The notes beneath the pieces are model-generated. The model saw nothing but the letters and a program-made list of their open reading frames with translations. It searched no databases and was not told where the DNA came from. Positions 26,900 to 40,345 of a stretch of DNA of 64,000 nt are shown here, in pieces. A program made the position numbers and the translations under genes. How positions within the stretch are numbered: position 1 is the stretch's first letter; each line of letters begins with the position of its first letter. Source of the stretch: Octopus sinensis (taxonomy: Eukaryota); NCBI RefSeq assembly GCF_006345805.1, contig NC_043006.1, positions 40,362,001 to 40,426,000 on the forward strand, written 5' to 3'.

Positions 26900-27999
26900 G
26901 CGAGAAAGAAGCAACAAGAATGGATAGGTTTTTAGTACGATCGTTCATACAAGGACAGGTTTTATTAAAAGTTGCAAAGATTACAGCATATAAACGAGTC
27001 CCGTACTCATCAGCTAAAATACATGTAAGTTCTCTAGACATCCTAGTGTTTGAGGCTATACTCATGAAGTAATGTAGATAATTAAACAGATTTCTAAAGT
27101 TCATTAAAGTTCTTAAAGATGATGTACAGTCTTATCACAGAATTTTAAAAAAGTTTTGATAGCATCACAGAGAAGGTGACCTAATCCATATGAATTTCCA
27201 TAGATATGATGAGGGATTATATACTCACAGAAGACAAATTATCCATTGTTAATTACAACGAGGTGGGTCTCAATTCCTGCTTATTAGCATTACAGAGAGG
27301 GTGAATTAATCCTTTGTATATATGCACAGATTCCAATGGTGTAGATGTAAATTTCCAGAGAAATGGAGATGAATTTCATATTTACAGGCGATAAATTTTA
27401 CAATGGTTGAACACAATGAGGTAGGTATCAATCCTTGTTAGGCAAACACCTAATCATATAACAAGGATTGATACCTACCTCATTGTGTTCAACCATTGTA
27501 AAATTTATCGCCTGTAATATGAAATTCATCTCCATTTCTCTGGAAATTTACATCTACACCATTGGAATCTGTGCATATATACAAAGGATTAATTCACCCT
27601 CTCTGTAATGCTAATAAGCAGGAATTGAGACCCACCTCGTGGTAATTAACAATGGATAAATTTGTCTTCTGTGAGTATATAATCCCTCATCATATCTATG
27701 GAAATTCATATGGATTAGGTCACCTTCTCTGTGATGCTATCAAAACTTTTTTAAAATTCTGTGATAAGACTGTACATCATCTTTAAAGAACTTTAATGAA
27801 CTTTAGAAATCTGTTTAATTATCTACATTACTTCATGAGTATAGCCTCAAACACTAGGATGTCTAGAGAACTTACATGTATTTTAGCTGATGAGTACGGG
27901 ACTCGTTTATATGCTGTAATCTTGCAACTTTTAATAAAACCTGTCCTTGTATGAACGATCGTACTAAAAACCTATCCATTCTTGTTGCTTCTTTCTCGC
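26900..27999. repeat. 1.1-kb near-perfect inverted repeat (arms 26900-27440 and 27459-27999; 18-nt loop)
   Basis: Base-by-base comparison shows one substitution and four single-base homopolymer indels between the 541-bp arms. Confidence 0.97.
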
Positions 28000-28399
28000 G
28001 TATATATATATATATATATATATATAATCGTTATAATTGGCAGAAGTTATAAAGTGACTCGTGGGACGAGAGTTTCGTGCACCGAGTTGTTTTGGTTCGC
28101 CTATTTTCTCCTCACAACTCACAACAGCAAGTAATTTCACAGGCCACACCTCTTCCTTCCTACGCCCAACTGAGTCAATTTTTATCTTGCGTGATTCTAT
28201 AAAAGAGTGGGTAATGAACGAGGTAGAATGGTAACAGCATATTGCAATTCTCTCTCTCTCTTTCTCAAGTGTGTGTATGTTGTGAGAGAGAGGGGGGAGG
28301 CGAATGAAGACGCGAGGATAGATTCTGAATATGTGGGACTTAGTCTCTGTCACAGACCGATGCGAAAGACAGAAAGCAAATTATATATGCCTGTTGATA

Positions 28400-28623
28400 T
28401 TTACTCTTTTACTTGTTTCAGTCGTTCGACTGCGGCCATGCTGGAGCACCGCCTTTAGCCTAGCAAATCGACCCCCCCCCCCAGGACTAAGCTTTGTAAG
28501 CTTAGTATTTATTCTATCGGTCTCTTTTGCCGAACCGCTAAGTTACAGGGACGTAAACATACCAGCATCGGTTGTCAAGCGATGTTGGGGGGAACAAACG
28601 CAGAGACACAAACATACACACAA

Positions 28624-28667
<44 letters not shown>

Positions 28668-28830
28668 GACAGGCTTCTTTCAGTTTCCGTCTACCAAATC
28701 CACTCACAAGGCTTTGGTCAGGCCGAAGCTATAGGAGAAGACATTTGCCCAAGGTACCACGCAGTGGGACTGAACCCGGAATCATGTGGTTGGTAAGCAA
28801 GCTACTTACCACACAGCCATTCCTGCGCCT
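28400..28830 (-). mobile_element. Near-intact family A SINE
   Basis: Complete head, core, internal (CA)n(TA)n and tail; CpGs retained. Confidence 0.85.
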
Positions 28831-28947
28831 GGATATAAAGGGAGATACCTAGTCCTAAACGAAGAATTTTGAGTTTTTCTATATTTTCTATACTGATCAT
28901 ATCAGCTATCGCCTCTTCTCACTCTCTCTCTCTCTCCTTTCTCTTCC

Positions 28948-29025
<78 letters not shown>

Positions 29026-32000
29026 ATGTATAATAAAAAAGAATTATGTCCTCCTCATACAACTTCTGTTCAGTTTGAATATGGAACCTGCAAATGGATC
29101 ACTTTATCTTATCTCACCAAGATCAATATAATAAAAAATATTCAACTCGTACTAACTATACCATCGTCGTCATCATCATCATATAACAGATACGATAAAG
29201 CGGAATCTAACCGAACCAGCCAACCAACGAGATTGAAAACAAAAAAAAACACACACCAAAAACCGGTCGCCAAGCCAGTTGCATACCAGTTCTACAGACA
29301 GTGGTTGGAGTTTCTCAGCTCCCCTAATATGGCATGAAAACGAAGCTACTGTTCCTCAACCTGTCAGCTTGCTGCTAGATTGTCTGTGCAGGATGGTTTG
29401 GTGTTTTTTCTTTCTGTTTTTTGTTTTTTTTTTTCTAAGTTAGTCAGTCAGTCAGTCAGTCTGGTTCTACGCTGGATGTTACAAACTTCGGTTTTCATGG
29501 ATTGAAATGTGTTAGAGAGAGAGAAAGAGAGAGAGAGTGACAGATAGACAGAGAGAGGGTGAGAAAGAGAGAAAAATTGATTGATTGTATTGTTGTACGT
29601 ATAAATGACTGGCTTGACGTACAAACAACTTTTTTTCTTTCCTTTCCATCTGGTGCTTACACAAACCCAAAACAAACCAGTTTCCTCTTCCTCCCACCAC
29701 AAAATATTTTCGCTCTCAGTCAATAACCTACCTACCTTACTTCACACACACACACACTCACCTCTCTTTCCCTCTCGCACTATCTATCTATCTAAATCTT
29801 TCTCTCGTCTTTCATTTACTCCTATACTCACTTTTCTCTCTCTCTCACTCACACTAACTCCATTACTCCTCCCTTCACGCTTGCCTCTCCATACATACAA
29901 ATGCACAATCTCTTACAGATTTACACACAGGCGCACAATCTTTCTCACATACACGTAATTCCTGCTCCAACTCAAACAAATCTATGCACAAACCTATCCT
30001 TTCACACAAAGTTCACAGGAGTAAATAAACAAGACCTATTGCCACCCACCCACCACCGCCCCCTCGGTTTTCGTTTCGCTTTATTATTTCAATGCAGCTG
30101 ACGAAAGTTTACCCGCCACTCAACAACATACTGCATCGCTGTAAGGTTAATTGCGTGGATTATATCCCAGTACAGTGAGTTTCACTGACTGAGTTATTCG
30201 ATAAACAGTGGCTAAGTCGAGCTAACGCGAAAGCATCTGTAGCAGGCATGGGCAACCGTTTTCATGAAACAGACCAAATGAGAAGTGACAAAAATGATTT
30301 AAAAATTTCTTTCGGCGCGTGCCATTCAGAAAGTCCTTCGGACCGCAGTTGGAGATCCCCCATTTTCTCGCAAATTACTGTTTAAAAAAAATTTTTTCCC
30401 CAAAAAAACCACACGTTTTCGGATACAGAGATTCCCGAAAATTTCCAAAAATCGGATTTTTGACCCCCCCCCCCACCACCACCACCAATTTCTTCATTCT
30501 TTACTTTTTCCCCCGTAACCTTAACCCTAAAACTCCAACCCTAACCTGACAACCTTAATCCTAACCCTAAAACCCTAACTAGAACATTTCTGGGAAATGT
30601 TTTCAGAAATCATAATAACTGATCTATATGGTCGCTCAACCTGCCAAAGTTCTGTAGTGGATCTTTTAATTAACACTGCAACAGAACTTTTCTCACGGTA
30701 GAACAATGGTTTTTCTCTGACAGCAATTTTACATTTTCCAGATGCCTTTAGCTAGGCTGAAATAATGTCTTCACCACTTGACCCCTTCTAACCTCTTCTA
30801 CTTCACCAAAAGCTAGAATAGAGATAAAGATCCACTACAGTTCCCTCAAATAACACCCTACTCATCTTTAATAAATAAGGACAATAAAGACACTGGATGA
30901 TGCCAGAGGCAGACTGGCAAGGTTGCCAGCTTGCCCGATGGCAAGTGGGCCTCTGCGCCATTAGAATCCATATATGGGAGCCCATGTTAGTATCTAAGGG
31001 GTGCATCCCCTCAAGTTTGAGAATTTTTTTATTCACTCCTGGATGAATGCTTTATTTCAGCATGGCTGTGTTTGTAGATAGTTGGAAAGAATAATTTTAA
31101 CAAAAACAAAAATTAAATGATAGCATTGTAGTTGCAGGTGGGTTCCCTTAGTCTCCTGGCAACCAATATTTTTAGACCCAGTCTGCTACTGTTTGATGCA
31201 TTCCCTGACATACAAAAAAAAAAGGTGAATGAACCCAACTACAATATCCTTTGATAAGAAGACTAACACAATGAGGGTTGTCCTGCAACAGGTCAGCACA
31301 ATGAGAGCCATGTATATAGTATATGTATACACGGTACTTTACAAATGTGCTGCATATACAGATATTGTATACATGATTTCTCAATGAGAAATTAACTGTA
31401 TACAGCTTTTGTACACAACTGAAATGCTATACGAATTTGAAAAAAACCATGTGTAGTACACAGGATCAATTTACACATTTCCTCATGGTACTCAATGTGT
31501 TAAACTATAGCAAGCCATGAATGTGAGGTTAAGTTGCAACCACATGGTTTTCAGTTCAGTTCCACTGCACGGCACCTCAGGCAAGTGTCTTCTACTACAG
31601 CCCTGGGTAGACCAATGCTTTGCGAGTGAATTTGGTGGAGAGAAACTGTGTTGAATCCTGTCATATATGTGTGCGTGAGTTTGTCACACTTCTCCCAAGC
31701 ACTTGATAATCAGTGTTGTTTTGTTGGCATTCTTGTAACTTCATGGTTCTGCAAAAGGGACCAACAGAATAAGTACCAGATTTTAAAAAATACACAAGTG
31801 CAGATGTGGCCATAGGCACAGGCGTAGCCGTGTGGTAAGAAGTTTGCTTCAAAACCACATGCTTCCGGGTTCAGTCCCATTGCATGGCACCTTGGGAAAG
31901 TGTCTTCTACTATAGCCTAGGGCCAACCAAAGTCTTGTCAGTGGATTTTGGTAGGTGGAAACTGAAAGAAGCTTGTCATATACCATCATAATCAGCATTA

Positions 32001-32613
32001 TTTAAAATCCACTTTCAAAACTGGCATGGGCTAGGCAGCTTGACAGGAGTTGCTTAGGCCAGGGGGGGCCACATCAGGCTCCATTGTCTGTTCTGGCATG
32101 AACTTCCTAACACCCACCACTTTACAGAGTTCCTGGGTGCTTTTTACCTGGCACCATGTGTGTGTGTGTGTGTGTCTTTGCATCTGTTTGTCTCCTACAC
32201 TGCTTGACAACAGGTGTTGATGAGTCTATAACCCTGTAACTTAGCAGTTAGCAAAAGAGACCTATACAATAAATACCAGGCTGAAAAAAAGGGTGGGGCA
32301 CTGCATGGCTGCAGTCTAATGATTGAAACAAGTAGCAGATAAAAGATGAGAGCTGAAATTTTGCTTAACTGGGGACATAAACACACCTAAAGCTTTGGGG
32401 ACATAAACACACCAACACCAGTTGTCAAGTAGTGGAGGAGGAGGGGACCACACACAGACATGAGGACCACCCAACCGCTTTCTGTGGCTGAGGAGACTCT
32501 GACACTTATTTCTAGCAATGCCCATGCTCCTTGCACCCTTGGTCATATTTTAGTAATGGTGAATCACATGCACGCACGACAGGCTTCTTTCAGTTTCTGC
32601 CATTCAGAAGTGT

Positions 32614-33389
32614 GTGAATAACTATATTTTGCTGAGGAGCTCTAATGACGCAGAAACATATCTTCAGTTATCACCATCACATGTTGATACTATGTCTGCT
32701 AAAGGTGACACTAATCTTTTCCACCACCTCCACATAGCCTGATTTTAATTATAATTAGTTAAGACGCACAAAGCCTTGGTATAGTAGAAGACACTTGTCC
32801 AAAGTGACACACAGTGGGATAGAACTCAAAACCATGTGGTCGGGAAGCAAACTGCTTACCTCACAGCCATGCCTGTGCCTGTTCGAAATATTGAGGAATG
32901 AATATGAGGAAAGCAAGAATTTAGTTATCAAGGAGGAAGGATCTAGAAAGATGAAGAATTGATAAAATTGGTAGGTTAAGCTTGCATGAATAAGTTCCAT
33001 GTATGTGATGAAGACTAAAGTGCTATGCCAAGAGAACTAATTAGAGAGAGGAAGCGAGAGAACTAAATGCTACCCCTCAACTTGCCTCACCCCAAAATTT
33101 GGCAACGTGTAGAGAAATACATTTGTGCATGGATGCAGAAGAAATAAATAAATAAAGGTAAGGGAGAAATTTTTTAAAATGAAACAAAGGAGAAAATAAT
33201 ACTTTCAGACGTTTGTGAATATGAAGTTTGGCCAGTGAATAACTATATCTTGCTGAGGAGCTCTAATAAGGCAGAAACATATCTTCAGTTATCACTATGA
33301 CATGTTGATACTATGTCTGTTAAAGGTGACACTAATGTTCCCCACCACCACCACCACATTGCCTGATTTTAATTATAATTAGTTAAGAC
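32614..33389 (+). repeat. Diverged ~155-bp direct repeat pair (32614-32765; 33235-33389)
   Basis: Both copies read GTGAATAACTATAT.TTGCTGAGGAGCTCTAAT...GCAGAAACATATCTTCAGTTATCAC...AATTAGTTAAGAC. Confidence 0.85.
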
Positions 33390-36300
33390 TGAGGTGTATA
33401 GACTTACATCAAAGAAAAAAAATAAACTTTTTTAAAATATTTTATCTTGAGTAATTTCTTTTGGTTTTTTTTTCATCAAACAGCTCTACGTAATAACAGA
33501 CGATATAAATGTTGGTTGGTTGATTTCTCCAGTCACATTTTACATTATATAAGGAAAAGAGTAGAGAGTATAAGAAAGATAAAGAGTTAATATAAGAGGT
33601 GCAGGATGAGTGCACGTACTAGGCTTGGTGGCAGGCAATGGGTAAAAGAATAACTCTCCCCCACACACACACAATGGGAGAGAAAGAATCATAGGAAATG
33701 GGAAGAGGAGGAGGAGAAGGAGTAGATGACAGACTAATTAATATTTCTTTGTACAATGTTTGGATGGTGCTTTTTACATGCCACTGGCACAGGAGCCTGT
33801 CAGGAGGTATGGGCATCACACACACACACATTATACAACAGGCTTTTTCTTTCTACCAAATCTACTCACAAAGCTTTTGTCAGCCTATGGACATAGTAGA
33901 AAACACTAGTCCAAAGTACCTCAAAGTGGGACTGAACCTAGAACCCTATGGTTAGGAAGTAAAGTCCTTAACCACACAGCCACATCTGTACCTATTATTC
34001 ACTTCAATTTCTTTTCTTTTTTTGTTTTAATATTTTAAAAATAAAACTTTAATAGTTAAACGCATAAAATAAATACTAAACATTCTTTGCTTTGAAAGTT
34101 TAATTTAGCACAGAATTAATGTCTCAATCATGAGCACATGTGTTAATTGGTTAACCCAGTCATTCAGTTAATTTGCATACTGATGTTTTATGCACATAAA
34201 TCCATATTCCCTTTAATATTTTTTTGATTACCAATTTAATTTTCCCCAAACTTTCTGCTCTCTCTCTCTCTCTCTCAATGTTCTGCGTTCAAATGGTGCA
34301 GGATTTTTTTCTCTTTCTACTTTGCAGTATTTATTCCTCCAGGGGTAGGAGCATCAAAAATAAGTACTGAGAATGGGAGGAAATGGTGATTATATCGATT
34401 GTAAATCTCCCTTAAACATTTGTGGCCTTTTACTGATGTCAGAAATTAACTGTGTATGAGACCATTGCTTTAACATCCATTTTCCATGCTTGCATGGGTC
34501 AATCAAAATTTGTCAATGTAGGTTTTTTACAGCTGGATGCTCTTCATGTTGCCAACCCTCACCTCTTTCCAAGTAAAGTAATGTTTCCCCATTGCTTGAT
34601 ACATTCCTCATGAAAAACTGGAAATGAACAACTTCACTTGTATGACAGTGATACTCATTTACAATCATCATATGGTGACTAGTCAAGGATACACACAAGC
34701 ACACACATGACAGGATTCTTTCAGTTTCCATCTACCAAAACCCCAAAACTATTTTAACAACCTGTAATTTATATATATACATATATATATCATCATCATC
34801 ATCAAACATCTGCTTGCCATACTGGCATAAGTTGGACAGATTGACCAGGGCTGGCAAGCTGGCAGAAGCATTAGCACACCAGGCGAAATGCTTAGTGGTA
34901 TTTCATCTGCCGTTACGTTCTGAGTTCAAATTCTGCCGAGGTCAACTTTGCCTTTCATCCTTTCGGGGTCAATAAATTAAGTACCAGTTACACACTAGGG
35001 TCAATGTAATCGACTTAATCCCTTTGTATATATATAAATAAGTAAATTTTATATGCCAACAGACTGTGGCAGTCCTATAAAGGACGATGTTACTGTTGTT
35101 TTAACCCCAGGAAAACATCTTTTTCAGCCGGCTATCGACACACAATTTGTGTCCATAAAGCATTTGTAAGAGAGGTCATTGCTCTCATCTCTAGCCTTAC
35201 GTGATACTCAGACCTAGGCTTCTGGATGTCTTCAGTGTAAGAAAACCATATATAAGGAATACAAGAAAAGGATATGGTTTTGATGCTTTATATAATGTAC
35301 GTGTTTGATGAGATTGGTAGACATCAATTATGGAAGCATGAAACTCAGTAACAGAAAACAAATTCTCCTGATCGCATCCATCAGCCTTACTCAGCAAAAA
35401 TAAAACACACACAAAAAAAAAAGATGGAGGCCTTTATAAACACCATCTGCAAATAAGAAGGGTAGGGTTAACATGAGAGAATAGAACAGAAGGAGGGGGT
35501 GAGAGGGTAAGAGAACATGAGAAGGGAGGGAGTGCGATGAGGTGGAGGAGAGAAAAGAAACCCTTGTGTAAACCTATCCACACCCCCACCCCACCACACC
35601 CCGGCATCTCATACAAAGTAATATAATATCAGTAATGGCTACACTGTAGAAAATATGTCTGTTGAATAATCCTAGCTTTGCAATAATTCTGAACAGGATA
35701 CATTCTGAAATATGTTCTTAACAAAATAAATTTATTTAAATCTAAATTTAACCATTCCTCTACTCATCTCTCTTTCTCTCTCACAGACACACACATACAC
35801 ACACACAGGGCATGAGACAAAGGGCAATATTCAAGTTTAGTGACTTCTCCCTACATCCTACAATTGGCATTTGCAAAAGGTTATCTCTAGGGCGAGGACA
35901 AGGAATAATTGAAAGTGGAACAAAGTGGTGGTGATGGAGATGATTGTAGGGTTATGGTGGTGGTGGCGCTGGAGTTGATGGAGGTGGCAGCAGGTTGTGA
36001 AGATGGTGGCGCTGTTAATGATATCTGGGAAGCGGTGGTAATGGAGGTGATTGTAGCTGTAGTGGTGGGTACAATGTTTGGAAGGGAAACAACCTCTCTA
36101 CTGGGTCAGCACTCCAGTCACCAACATCTACAATGGTCTGTAATAAGAGAACCGCTTTCTGTAGCTTTGTGTGCTGGTGGGTGTATATGTACATGCAGGA
36201 TATATAACTGTGTTTATATGGTTAGCTGTACATGTATTACGTGAAGCACTCTACAAATACTCACACACACACATTCAGTGTAAGGAAGAGTAAATAAGTC

Positions 36301-36411
36301 AGGTTGCACATGTGCTATTTTGAAACAGGTAAGGACAGGAAGGGCATCCAGCCATAGAAAATTTGCCTCAACAAATTCCATTTGATTTAGGAAAACATGA
36401 GAAAGTTGATA

Positions 36412-36640
36412 TAAACCCTTTCGTTATTGTATCTATTTTGAGATGCTCCGTGTTTCTTTCAATTACTTTAAATATAAGAAAGAATTTAGTAAAATAACTT
36501 AGTTATCATTAATCTAGTGTTAGGAACATAAATTGTGACTAAGGTTTGGTGAAAGATTTTAATTCAGAACTTTTGAAAACAAGACATTTGTACTACAGAA
36601 CCAGAAGTGGTTTTAGCTGGGTTGGTAATGAAAGGGTTAA
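36412..36640 (-). mobile_element. Single piggyBac-like MITE (~229 bp)
   Basis: Reverse complement of the unit in 52265-52886; CCCTT...AAAGGGTTAA termini. Confidence 0.7.
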
Positions 36641-36869
36641 ACAATTATGATACAAACACACACACACAAAATCATGTGATGGGCTTCTTTCACTTTTTGC
36701 CAACTAAATACACTCACAAAACTTTGGACAGACAGGGATATAGTAGAAGACTGTCCCCAAGGTGCCATGCAGCAAGACTGAACTCAAGACCATGTGGTTA
36801 AGAAAGAAACTTCTCAACCACACAGCCATGCCTGCACTTATATACAAGGTCTATAGGAGTTGTGTGAGA

Positions 36870-37260
36870 GCTGCAGTGCTGTATGGGAATGAGACATAGT
36901 GTTTGAGAGAGAGAGATGACAATTTTGAGAATTGAGAGAGAAATGTGTGGCATGAGGCCTTGATGGGAATGTTGGGGTTGAAAAAAATCAGTGGAACGGC
37001 TGGCAAGGGCGAATGGAGTACGGTGGTATGGCCATGTGTTGAAGAGGGTGCTAGAGTTTGAGGTAAATGGACAGCAAAAGCAAGGTAGACCAAGGAAAAT
37101 GTGGAGGGGAAGGTAGAGGAGGAGACTGGGAGGGTTGGCTTGAGAAGGGAGGATGCCCAAAACCGGGCAAGATGGTGTGAGGGCAGTTGCTATGGCATTG
37201 AGGTAGATCCGGTCACCTCACATAATGGGGACAAAACCTGGATTTAAGATGATGGATGAT
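36870..37260 (+). mobile_element. RTE-like LINE 3' fragment
   Basis: Degenerate WYGHVLKR...EVNG...GRPRKMW, typical of the RTE ORF2 C-terminus, followed by a 3' tail ending ...ggacaaaacctggatttaagatgatg. Confidence 0.7.
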
Positions 37261-37261
37261 A

Positions 37262-37332
<71 letters not shown>

Positions 37333-38221
37333 CAATTTAGGAAGGCCCAAAATTTTTGGGAAGTGGGGGCAAAGTCGATTAGATCAACCCCAGTATGCAA
37401 CTAGCACTTAATCTATCAACCTTGAAAGGATAAAAGGCAAAGTTGACCTCAGCAAATAACTCTCAAGATATTGACAACCAAAAATCAGATTATTTTCCTC
37501 AATATATTTTTCAAAAGACACAATTCATCATATAAAATATATAATACATAAATACAAAAAATTTTATAAATATAGCGAGACCTTTGGAAATATGCTGTGC
37601 GTGAGAAGACCCGGCAGGACAAGTGAGACCATAACCCGTGGCCTTTACCTGGGATGTAGCCAGTCCACTTATGCATAGCTTTCCTTCTTGGATCACAAAA
37701 CTCTGCTTACGAAGACCTGTTGAGGCAAGTGAAATCGAAATCGATCAAAAATCAATGGAAATTGTAGTTGTGATACCAGTGCCGGTGGCACATAAAAGAA
37801 CCATCCGAACGTGGCCATTGCCAGCGCCGCCTCGACTGGCCTCCATGCCGGTGGCACGTAAGAAGCACCAGCTGATCGTGGCTGTTGCCAGCCTTGCCTG
37901 GCACCTGTGCCATGTAAAAAGCACCCACTACACTCACGGAGTGGTTGGCGCTAGGAAGGGCATCCAGCTGTAGAAACACTGCCAGATCAGACTGGGCCTG
38001 GTGCAGCCTCCTGGCTTCCCAGACCCTGGTCAAACCATCCAACCCATGCTAGCATGGAAAGCTGACGTTAAACAATGATGATGATGAAAATATATATCCA
38101 TATGAAATTGCCTGAAATTGTAAATCTGTTCATTGAAGCCTACATTACTCTATATTCTCTCAGCTCTATTTACTGAGTGCTAACTCATTTTTTTAGTATA
38201 GGAAATTCATTTCCTTCTTTT

Positions 38222-38440
38222 ATCATCATCATCTAGTGTTTTAAATCTGGGTTTTGTCCCCCGTTAATGGGGATGGTTGGATCTACCTCAATGCCATAGC
38301 AACCAAGGCAGACAGGTGCAGCCCACCCCAACCTTTGGGCTGGTTCTCCTTTGCTATCATGAGGCATTTTTGAAGCTGGATTTTCTACAGGGAGCATGCT
38401 CTTGCTTACTCCCAACCTCAGTTTCTAGACATGAATGGTC
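38222..38440 (-). mobile_element. RTE-like LINE 3' tail fragment
   Basis: ttaaatctgggttttgtcccc...ggatctacctcaatgccatagcaac is the reverse complement of the 37190-37250 segment. Confidence 0.6.
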
Positions 38441-38649
38441 CCGAGACCAAGGCCTCTACCACGATTTTTAAGAAACGTGGTGGAAAATTAGCTCAGGAAG
38501 GCAGGGATGCTACTCCCTGAAACCCCTTTCGGAGCACCCCTACCTTTTATATGTTAGTAGTATCAGTACCAAGTAGTGATTAGGCATAAGCTATCCAACC
38601 CATGCCAGCATGGAAAGTGGATGTTAAATGATGAAGATGATTGACATAA

Positions 38650-38700
<51 letters not shown>

Positions 38701-39419
38701 AGCACTACATTGGTTATGACAACGATGGTTCCAGCTGATGCAATCAACAGAACAGCTTGCTTGTGAAATTAATGTGCATGTGGCTGAGTACTCCACAGAC
38801 ACTTGTACCCTTAATGTAGTTCTCAGGGAGATTCAGTGAGACAGAGAATGACAAGGCTGGCCCTTTGAATTACAGATGCCATTCATTTTTACCAGTTGAA
38901 TGGACTGGACCAACGTGAAATAAAGGGTCTTGCTCAAGGACACAATGCATCACTGGGAATTGAACTCATGACCTTATTATCGTGAGCCAAATGCCCTAAC
39001 CACTAAGCCACGCACCTTCACACATACACACACACATTTGTGGCATCTTGAGTTTTCCAGCAATATATTTGGATTACTCATAAGAAATAAGTGCATTTGG
39101 TTTAAATTGAAGGATTGGTCATAGTGATAAGCAGCAGAATAGTTATGCTCATTAAAGGTGTGTACAAAATAGATTTGGTAATTTGGTATTTTAAAGAAGA
39201 AATGAAACTATTTGCACAACCTGAGAGGGAGGTGGAGAGAGAGAGAGAGAGAAAAGAGATAAAAACACAGACAGCTAGATTAAACAAAATTTAATTTGTG
39301 TAGAGAATGTGGAAAAATGTAAGCAGTGGTTTTGGTTTCACAAGTTGGAATAAGGAAAAGAGCCAAGGAAGTCGAGTGAACAGTGATAGTGATCTAGCAG
39401 GGTATACCTTGAAATATTA

Positions 39420-40345
39420 GTTTCCAGTCTTAGCGCAATGCCAGCAATTTTGGAGGCAGAAGTAAGTCAGTTACATCAACATCCCATCACACCCAACCAG
39501 TGCTCAACTGGTACTCATTTTATCAACCACGAAAGGATGACAGGCAAAACTGACCTTGATGGAATTTGGACTCAGAGCATTAAGACAGATGAAATGGTGC
39601 TAAGCATTTCGCCTAGCACACTAAGAATTCTGTCAGTTTGGTGCCTTATATACCTTGAACTATTAATTCCAAATTTTGGCACAAAGCCAGCATTTTCAGA
39701 GAGGGAGTAAGTCGATTACATCAGCCCCAGTGCATAACTGGTACCTATTTTATCAACCTCCCCCTGTCCCCGAAGGATGAAAGGCAAAATTGACCTTGGG
39801 GAAATCCAAACTCAGAACATAAAGATGAGATAAAATGCCATTAAGCATTTTCACCAGCATACTAACGATTCTGCCAACTTGCTGCTTTATATACCTTGAA
39901 ATTTTGGTTTCAAATTTTGGCACGATGCCAGTAATTTCAGGGGTGGGCCAAGTCAATTACATCGACTCCAGTGCTCAACTGGTACTTATCTTATCAACTG
40001 CAAAAGAATGGAAGATAAAGTTAACCCGAGCAAAATGCCGGTAAGCATTTGCCCAGGTTAATTTGAACTCAGAATGTAAAAACAAACAAAATACCGCTAA
40101 GCATTTCTCCCACCATGCTAACGTTTCTGCCAGCTCATCAGATTCTTTATACTTAAATAATCTTTTCTATTCTAGGCACAAGGCCCAAAATTTTGGGGGA
40201 GGTGGCCAGTCAATTAGATCAACCCCAGTACGCGACTGGATGAAAGGCAAAGTTGACCTCAGCAAAATTTGAACTCAGAATGTAAAGACAGATAGAATAC
40301 CATAAAGCGCTTTGCCAGGCATGCTAACGTTTTTGCCAGCTCGCC
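39420..40345 (-). mobile_element. Pile-up of about 4-5 family B SINE copies
   Basis: Repeated blocks of ...cccagtg..caactggtac..attttatcaac...gatgaaaggcaaa.ttgacc...gaactcagaa...taagcattt. Confidence 0.7.

Noticed and set aside
26890-27104. ORFs of 60 aa (+) and 81 aa (-) in the palindrome arm
   Set aside because: Short, unrecognisable, and not preserved in the mirror arm because of indels; reported only as part of the palindrome finding.
27877-27910. CTGATGAG motif inside the palindrome's right arm
   Set aside because: There is no downstream stem II-GAAA, so it is not a hammerhead core.
30515-30582. Degenerate (CCCTAA)n telomere-like run (a reverse-strand echo lies near 24955-24980)
   Set aside because: Short, degenerate and embedded in what looks like a DNA-element remnant; it gives no support for a telomere or fusion site.
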